Virus record (IMG/VR): IMGVR_UViG_3300021400_000136
Span: 16,152-80,151 of that record
Source of the DNA: a virus
Taxonomy: Duplodnaviria; Caudoviricetes
DNA: 64,000 nt
Strand: one strand, 5' to 3'
Below, piece after piece: positions 57,898-64,000 of this stretch (its first letter is position 1; each line of letters starts with the position of its first letter). The notes beneath the pieces were generated by a model, which saw only the letters and a list, made by a program, of their open reading frames with translations, was not told where the DNA came from and ran no database searches. The translations under genes were made by a program, and so were the position numbers.

Positions 57898-59412
57898 ATG
57901 AATGATGAATTAAGAAATCTATACGCTGAGCTGGCGATACGTGAACTGGCCAAGAGATCCTTTGCGGAGTATCTGGCTATGGCTCAGGGGCCTACGTGGA
58001 AACGCACCAGACTGAGTGAGTATCTCGCGGATGAGGTACAGAAATTTGTTGAGACACCGACTGACAATGCCTATGACATACTGGTTGTGGAGTGTCCGCC
58101 TCAGCACGGGAAGAGTACCACGATCACAGAGTCGTTTCCTTCCTGGTATCTTGGTCGGTATCCTACGAACAATGTGATCCTGGCCAGCTATAATAAGGAC
58201 TTCGCTGAGAAGTTCTGCAGGAGAAATAAAGAGAAGATCCGTGCATTAGGCTCGGATCTTTTTAATATATCCATTGGCGCTATAGACAGGGCCGACGAGT
58301 TTGAGCTGGACAATGCGAAGGGCAGACTGATCTCCCGTGGTATCATGTCCGGTATCACTGGTAACCCGGCCAACCTGATCATTATTGACGACCCGGTAAA
58401 GAATATGCAGGAGGCCGACTCTCCTACGTACAGATCGAATGTATGGGAAGAGTGGCAGGCATCACTGAAGACCCGTCTCGCGGCTAAGGCGAAGATTGTT
58501 ATTATTATGACGCCTTGGCACTATGATGACCTTGCAGCCAGAGTACTGACCAACGAACCTAATAGCAGGCTTATCAGACTACCGGTCGAAGCGGAAGAAG
58601 ATGACTTGCTTGGTAGGTCAGTGGGTGACGCTCTTTGCCCGGAGCTTGGGAAAGATAAGGCTTGGCTGCGCGACTTCAAGGAGTCGTACATACATGATGC
58701 CCAGGGTGGCATGCGTTCGTGGACTGCTCTGTACCAATGCTCCCCGCGAGTGGAAGCCGGTAACCTGGTCCAGAGAGACTGGTGGCGGTTCTACGATCCG
58801 GATGACAAGGAGCTTATGTTTGGCTCAGAGCTGATCTCCGTTGACGCTACATTCAAAGGCGCTGATACAAATGACTACGTCGCTATACAGGTGTGGGGTA
58901 AGCGTAAAGGCGATTACTACCTGAGAGCGAGTTTTAATAAACATCTGGACTTCCCGCAGACGATACAGATGCTGCGAACGGTCAAGGCTATGTACCCGAA
59001 CGCGAGAACGATCCTGATGGAAGACAAGGCGAATGGTCCTGCTATTGTTAGTACCCTGCAGCACGAACCGGATATGTTCGTCGTACCGGTCAATCCAGCC
59101 GGTGGTAAAGTCGCACGAGTTAATGCAGTAAGTGCGGCCATAGAATCTGGGCATGTATTCTTACCTACACCTGAGAAAGCTGTGTGGGTAAATGAGTTCG
59201 TGGACCAGTTTACATCCTTCCCGAATGGGGCACACGACGATATGGTCGATGCTGCGTCCCAGGCTTTACATAGAATGATTTATTCAAGCGGTGAGTATGA
59301 AGAGTATAAACCCACCGAGATGGAGATCGCGGTTAAGAAGGAAGAAGAGGATTTTAATAATCCGGATGTATTATTCAGCCCGTATGGAAGTACGGATCAA
59401 TTCTTTAGCTAA
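57898..59412 (+). CDS. terL: Terminase large subunit
   Basis: Walker A PPQHGKST, Walker B IIIDDPVK, nuclease ISVDATFKG, EDKANG, HDDMVDA. Confidence 0.95.
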   Translation: MNDELRNLYAELAIRELAKRSFAEYLAMAQGPTWKRTRLSEYLADEVQKFVETPTDNAYDILVVECPPQHGKSTTITESFPSWYLGRYPTNNVILASYNKDFAEKFCRRNKEKIRALGSDLFNISIGAIDRADEFELDNAKGRLISRGIMSGITGNPANLIIIDDPVKNMQEADSPTYRSNVWEEWQASLKTRLAAKAKIVIIMTPWHYDDLAARVLTNEPNSRLIRLPVEAEEDDLLGRSVGDALCPELGKDKAWLRDFKESYIHDAQGGMRSWTALYQCSPRVEAGNLVQRDWWRFYDPDDKELMFGSELISVDATFKGADTNDYVAIQVWGKRKGDYYLRASFNKHLDFPQTIQMLRTVKAMYPNARTILMEDKANGPAIVSTLQHEPDMFVVPVNPAGGKVARVNAVSAAIESGHVFLPTPEKAVWVNEFVDQFTSFPNGAHDDMVDAASQALHRMIYSSGEYEEYKPTEMEIAVKKEEEDFNNPDVLFSPYGSTDQFFS

Positions 59413-59427
59413 GGAGATTTAGATATT

Positions 59428-60015
59428 ATGGATGAAGAGAATAAGGGGTTCGCGATCCCTGCAAATAGACCGATGTTTGGTGGGGAGGGCGACCTTTCTG
59501 TAGAGGTTACTCCGCTTCCCGAGAGTGAGTACTTTATGGCCTTTGCAAATGAGGCCGGTGACAAAGCTGTTATCGTAACGCCTATCGAGACTGTTGGCGG
59601 TGAGATCCTGGAGCGGCATGGCTACCCCGAGATGGAAGAGTATGCCAAGACTCTGATGGATACCGGCGATGATCCGATGGAGCTCCAGATCGGTACGACC
59701 TATGAAGGCGAGACCGCTGAAGCAGATGCAAAGGCAGAGGCATTCAGACTGGATGAAGAGTTCGCTCCTGAGGAAGGCGCTTCTGATGAAGAGATTGTTG
59801 CAGCTCTGGATAACGCAAGGGCCGATGCCGGTGCTGAGGCTGCTCCTGTAGAGGAGGAACCGGAAGAAGTACCCTTTCCTCTTAATGGGCCTCTGGGCGT
59901 GGACGAAGCTGGCAATGAACCGGGAGAAGATGTTGGTGAGGAAGACGAGACTGAGGAACCTGAGGATGTTGGAGAGGAACCGATGCTCGACCAGTTGAAG
60001 AAAGCGAAGAAATGA
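59428..60015 (+). CDS. Acidic hypothetical protein
   Basis: ORF track; AAGGAG RBS. Confidence 0.7.
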   Translation: MDEENKGFAIPANRPMFGGEGDLSVEVTPLPESEYFMAFANEAGDKAVIVTPIETVGGEILERHGYPEMEEYAKTLMDTGDDPMELQIGTTYEGETAEADAKAEAFRLDEEFAPEEGASDEEIVAALDNARADAGAEAAPVEEEPEEVPFPLNGPLGVDEAGNEPGEDVGEEDETEEPEDVGEEPMLDQLKKAKK

Positions 60016-60272
60016 GTGTAATAGTAGGTTTGCTCAGTGCTGTATTAGGCGTTGGGCTTTTCTTGTCGGGCTTCTGGTTTGGCAAGGTAGTGTTCGAATC
60101 GAAACAGCCGGTGGTCAGCGTATCGGAACCTTCGGAAGAAGAGATGCGCGAAATCCGCGAAGAACGTGAGAGACTGATTGCGGAGCATAACGCATTCAAG
60201 GATCTGATGTCTTATGGCGCGGAACAGGCATACGGTAGCGGTTCCGTAAAGGAGCAGGTGATGCATGATTGA
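60012..60272 (+). CDS. Small protein with an N-terminal transmembrane segment
   Basis: ATGA-coupled; hydrophobic N-terminus. Confidence 0.65.
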   Translation: MSVIVGLLSAVLGVGLFLSGFWFGKVVFESKQPVVSVSEPSEEEMREIREERERLIAEHNAFKDLMSYGAEQAYGSGSVKEQVMHD

Positions 60273-62377
60273 GAGATGAGAAAAATAATATAACCTCTGT
60301 ATGGCGATATTATGAGAGCGGAAGGTCATATAACAATCAGCTTGTTCCCAATCAGTACAACCTGGTAAACACGAACACAGAGTTCTTTGCCGGTAACCAG
60401 TGGCTCCATATAAACGAGACCCCGGCCATGCAGAAACTTGCGCGGCCTACGTTCAATATCATAAAGCGTGTTACTTCTCTGTTCGTGGCGTCGTTAACGA
60501 GTTCCAACACCACGATCAACTTTGAGTCGCTGGCTTATGCCGACGGGGATAACATGAAGGATCCGGAGTCCAATGCGGCAGTCATTGCTACAGCGGAGGT
60601 CCGGAATCTTTTTGACAAGTTCAAGATGCAGTACCGGATACGTGAGGCGTTATTCGATGGCGCTGTTACCGGTGACTATTGTGCACACTTCTATTGGAAT
60701 CCTGATGCTACTCCCTATGGCGGGGCGTTTGGTGCATACAAGGGCGAAATAGAGATGGAACTTGTGGATGGGATCAATGTCATGTTTGGTAACCCCAATA
60801 CACCAGACGTTGAGTCCCAGCCCTATATTCTGATCCTCGGTAGAGACACGGTGGAGAATCTGAAATGGGAAGCCAAGCAGTTTGCCAAGTCCGATGAGAA
60901 GCACGGTGGAAAAGCAGAGGACGATATTGTAATCGACAGTATGTTATCCGACTCGGAATGGCAGTGGCAGATTGGCGTAGGTGGACGAACCGAGATCTCC
61001 CGTACCGATGATAAGACAGGGAAGGCTTTATATGGAATTCTCTATACCAAAGTTACGACGGAAGAGAAGGTTATCAACGAGGAAACCGGATTGCCGGAAC
61101 AAGTCGAAGTACTCGATGATAATGGCGAACCTATCCAGGAGACTACGGAGGATGGGATTCCGGTAATTGATGCAGAAGGAAATCCTGTATATAAAAAGAA
61201 AGACGCTACCAGACTGGTAACGTCAGTACATGTAACGAAAGCCACGAAGACCAGGATCATCTATGAAGATGTAGACACTGGTCTTTCTCGTTATCCGATA
61301 GCATGGGGCAACTGGGAAAAGCAGAAGAACCAGTACCATGGCAGAGCTCTGGTAACGGGCATTGTTCCGAATCAGATTTTCATTAATAGTATGATGGCCA
61401 TGATCTTCCGTCATCTGCAGCTCCAGAGCTTCCCGAAGACAGTGTACAACGCTGATCTGATTGGGCAGTGGAATAACGAAGTAGGCGCGGCTATTGGTGT
61501 TCACAACTTGCAGCCGGGTACGTCCTTGCGTGACGTGGCTACCGTGTTGCAGCCTGCGGACATGTCGAACCAGATCGTGATGTGTATTGACCGGGTTATG
61601 CAGTATACGAGGGATTGCCTCGGTGCTACGGACGCCCAGATGGGTAATGTCCGTCCGGATAATACGTCAGCGTTGATGGTTCTGCAGTCATCCGCAGAAG
61701 TGCCTCTGGAGAACACAAGAGCTGGCCTGCATGAGTGGATTGAGAATATAGGCGCGATTTTGCTGGATATGATGGGAACTTACTACGGTGAGCGTCCGAT
61801 TGTGAGGGAGCGTACATTCGATGATATCTCTCTCGATGGTGGGAATGCTCCGAGAATTGATCCTGTCACCGGCCAGATGATGACACAGTCTGTTACCCGC
61901 AGAGTTGTTGAGAAATTTGATTTCACACAGCTGAAGCGCCTCTGGTTCAACATTGTTGCTCAGGTTGGTGCTACTACGTACTACTCCGAGATTGCTATGG
62001 TTCAGACTCTGGATAACCTCCGTCGCGATGGTACGCTGGAGATTATTGATTACCTTGAGCGTATACCGGATAAGCTGATAACGCGGAAGCAGGAGCTGAT
62101 TGATAGCATCAAGAAGCGTACGGCAGAAGTGGCGCAGCAGACAGCAGCGATGCAGCAGGCAGATCTCGCCCAGCAGGGGGAGATGATGCCGGGGCAGCAG
62201 GGGCCTCAGATTTCTAAGACTCCGCCCGTTCCGCTCCAGAATGCAGGATTCCCCGCGATGGGTGGTGTAGTGTCAGCGGATAAGGCTATAAGCCAGCTGC
62301 CTACATCAATCCAGGCTAAATATAATGACCTTCCGAAGTCAGCGCAGAAAGCGTTGGTACAGAAGGGATCCATGTAG
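60269..62377 (+). CDS. Portal protein
   Basis: Position between terL and the scaffold; FFAGNQW...PTFNIIKR, YHGRALV..IVPNQIFIN and LGATDAQMG patterns of P22-like/podoviral portals. Confidence 0.8.
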   Translation: MRDEKNNITSVWRYYESGRSYNNQLVPNQYNLVNTNTEFFAGNQWLHINETPAMQKLARPTFNIIKRVTSLFVASLTSSNTTINFESLAYADGDNMKDPESNAAVIATAEVRNLFDKFKMQYRIREALFDGAVTGDYCAHFYWNPDATPYGGAFGAYKGEIEMELVDGINVMFGNPNTPDVESQPYILILGRDTVENLKWEAKQFAKSDEKHGGKAEDDIVIDSMLSDSEWQWQIGVGGRTEISRTDDKTGKALYGILYTKVTTEEKVINEETGLPEQVEVLDDNGEPIQETTEDGIPVIDAEGNPVYKKKDATRLVTSVHVTKATKTRIIYEDVDTGLSRYPIAWGNWEKQKNQYHGRALVTGIVPNQIFINSMMAMIFRHLQLQSFPKTVYNADLIGQWNNEVGAAIGVHNLQPGTSLRDVATVLQPADMSNQIVMCIDRVMQYTRDCLGATDAQMGNVRPDNTSALMVLQSSAEVPLENTRAGLHEWIENIGAILLDMMGTYYGERPIVRERTFDDISLDGGNAPRIDPVTGQMMTQSVTRRVVEKFDFTQLKRLWFNIVAQVGATTYYSEIAMVQTLDNLRRDGTLEIIDYLERIPDKLITRKQELIDSIKKRTAEVAQQTAAMQQADLAQQGEMMPGQQGPQISKTPPVPLQNAGFPAMGGVVSADKAISQLPTSIQAKYNDLPKSAQKALVQKGSM

Positions 62378-62389
62378 GAGGATATATAA

Positions 62390-62548
62390 ATGGCTAGAAA
62401 AAAGAAAGAAGAACCGGTCGAGGAAATCATTCAGGAAGAAGTAATTGCTGAAGAGATTCCGGCAGAAGAAGTCGAAGTCGAGAAAGGCCGCTGGGTTGAG
62501 ACTGTTGGCCCCCACGGCAAGTATATGATCTTCGTAAAAGACGAATAA
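62390..62548 (+). CDS. 52-aa acidic protein (MARKKKEEPVEE...), below the ORF-track cutoff
   Basis: Manual translation; AGGAGG RBS. Confidence 0.6.
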   Translation: MARKKKEEPVEEIIQEEVIAEEIPAEEVEVEKGRWVETVGPHGKYMIFVKDE

Positions 62549-62625
62549 GATCGATTAAGGGGAAGTCCCTTTTCGATAAATATCACAAAGGCAGTGAGTG
62601 GCAACCAGCTCACTGCCTTACTTAT

Positions 62626-62700
62626 TGCGGGTTAGAGGAGTCAGTCAATCTCGCCGGTCCCATAAACCGGAGTGCGCTAGGGCAGAGCTAGCACCCGCAA
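62626..62700 (+). tRNA. Degenerate tRNA-Met(CAT)-like gene
   Basis: TGCGGGT/ACCCGCA-A acceptor, GAGG/TCTC D-stem, CCGGT-CCCATAA-ACCGG, GCTAG-GGCAGAG-CTAGC; C33 and the T-loop are non-canonical. Confidence 0.6.
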
Positions 62701-62858
62701 CTTAGAAACTGATGCGGCTCAGTTGTTTTGGACACGGGGTAACTCCTGCGATCAATCGTTTATAACCGCAACTTATTAGCTATATCCCGGCTCACCATGC
62801 CGGACAAGATATAAATTTTCTCCCTCACCATGGGAGGTATACAAAGGAATTTTTGTTT

Positions 62859-63821
62859 ATGGAAAACGAAAACGAACAGGTTCAATCCACGACTACTCAG
62901 GACGACGTCATCCTTCCGGACGGCTGGGATGGTACGACGGACTTCTTTACCTGGGCTTCTGGCACAGGGGCTGACGAGCCTTCGACCTTAGAACAGGCAT
63001 TTGAGGAAAGCGGAACGGAAGAATCAGAAGAGGCCCCCGCCACGGGCAATGAAGCTGAAGAGAACGGAGAATCTGTGGCTGAGACGGAAGAGACTCCCAC
63101 CACGGAGGAACAACCGGAACCACAGCCAACCAAGATCAAGTTCGATGCAACAGTTAACCACAAGGTTCAGAGTGTCGAGATTGATCAATCAGAACTGCCG
63201 GATCTGTATCAGAAAGCATACGCTGCGGATAAATACCGCAATAAGCTGAATGCTAAGAATGCTGAACTGGAACAGGCTGAAGTAGTAGCCAAGATCCTTG
63301 GCTATGACAGCGTGAAAGCTATGCTGGACGCGGCGAAGAAGAGTTATGAAGACACTGAAATCGAACGACTGACTCAGGAGAAAGTACATCCGACCATCGC
63401 GAAGGATACAGTTTCCCGGAAGATCAAAGAAGTAGAGGACAGCGTTCTGAAGAACCGAAAGCCCGTTCAAGAGGAACAGGAAGAAGCACCTGCGGGTAAG
63501 ACACCCACACAGGCTGGGCAACGAGACTTCGCACCTGAGGTAGCTGATCTCCTGGAGGCTTACCCCGAGCTACGAGGAAAGACGCTTCCTAAGGAGGTAG
63601 TGGACGCAACTCTGAAGGGCCAGAACCTCACTGTGGCTTACACAAAGTACATTCAGAGGCAGACTAAAGCCGACAACGACCGTCTCAATAAAGAGAATAA
63701 GACATTAAAACAAAATGCGGAGGCGGCCAAACGCGCACCTGTCAGAGGCGTCGCTAAAGGCGGCGCTACAGGAATTACAGCGGAGGATGCGTTCCTTTCC
63801 GGCTTTAACTCCTTCAATTAA
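62859..63821 (+). CDS. Head scaffolding protein
   Basis: Acidic N-terminus, coiled coil, C-terminal DAFLSGF; directly before the capsid gene. Confidence 0.75.
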   Translation: MENENEQVQSTTTQDDVILPDGWDGTTDFFTWASGTGADEPSTLEQAFEESGTEESEEAPATGNEAEENGESVAETEETPTTEEQPEPQPTKIKFDATVNHKVQSVEIDQSELPDLYQKAYAADKYRNKLNAKNAELEQAEVVAKILGYDSVKAMLDAAKKSYEDTEIERLTQEKVHPTIAKDTVSRKIKEVEDSVLKNRKPVQEEQEEAPAGKTPTQAGQRDFAPEVADLLEAYPELRGKTLPKEVVDATLKGQNLTVAYTKYIQRQTKADNDRLNKENKTLKQNAEAAKRAPVRGVAKGGATGITAEDAFLSGFNSFN

Positions 63822-63884
63822 TTTTTAACTGACAGTCGCGTGACTGTCGCAGCCGCAAGACCATAAAAAGGAGAAATATAAATT

Positions 63885-63939
63885 ATGGCTGGTGGCATTA
63901 ATCTTGCGCTGAAGTATGCGCAGCAAATTGACGAAAGAT
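63885..63939 (+). CDS. Major capsid protein, exon 1 (MAGGINLALKYAQQIDER)
   Basis: AAGGAG RBS; N-terminus resembles the (A/I)NLAxKYxxxxDERF start of Bacillota phage capsid proteins; frame stops at a TAA that spans the predicted splice site. Confidence 0.7.
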
Positions 63940-64000
63940 AAACAAACTGTCTGCTGTAGCAGTAATGCTACAGGCAAAATCGACCGAAAACGGTAAAAGC
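63940..64000 (+). mobile_element. 5' end of a putative group I intron
   Basis: P1: exon AGAU pairs with GUCU (63949-52), placing U-G at the splice site; P2: CTGTAGCA-GTAA-TGCTACAG; then AAATCGACCGAAAACGGTAAAAGC, resembling P3/P4. Confidence 0.75.

Noticed and set aside
63831-63848. Hairpin GACAGTC-GCGT-GACTGTC between the scaffold and capsid genes
   Set aside because: Short, with no U-tract; probably an mRNA stability element, not distinctive.
63939-63941. Stop-codon reassignment or capsid pseudogene
   Set aside because: TAA terminates many genes here, no suppressor tRNA was found, and intron-like structure starts exactly at this codon.
1-64000. Diversity-generating retroelement, retron, or DNA-modification cluster
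   Set aside because: No reverse transcriptase, template/variable repeat pair, methyltransferase or queuosine-pathway genes were recognised in this window.

Overview
Large segment (about 64 kb) of a temperate tailed-phage genome, probably infecting a Bacillota/Clostridia host (host inferred from the gene families and the strong AGGAGG ribosome-binding sites). It is in its non-integrated form: the attP-like site next to the integrase is intact and internal. Layout: (1) the tail end of the + strand virion operon, a giant polyvalent protein of at least 5,700 aa that starts upstream of the window; (2) a long - strand early/middle region (17.2-55.8 kb) with about 60 small accessory genes, a ThyX-like protein, an Acb2/Tad1-like sponge candidate, a tyrosine integrase with a tRNA-Gln(CTG) 3'-half attP, a primase-helicase, an SNF2 helicase, an HNH endonuclease, a family A DNA polymerase with a mini-intein, a tRNA cluster including non-canonical tRNAs, DUF2815 SSB and DUF2800 nuclease, two XRE genetic switches with an ImmA-like peptidase, and an iteron-rich putative origin; (3) a non-coding leading/packaging region with 4 x 42-bp repeats; (4) the start of the + strand packaging/head operon (terS, terL, portal, scaffold, and a major capsid gene apparently interrupted by a group I intron). 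The best candidates for new biology are two unrelated - strand structured RNAs that share an anti-Shine-Dalgarno motif, several structurally altered tRNA-like genes, and the RFS-delimited cassette array inside the giant virion protein. All family assignments come from motif recognition by eye; no database searches were run.
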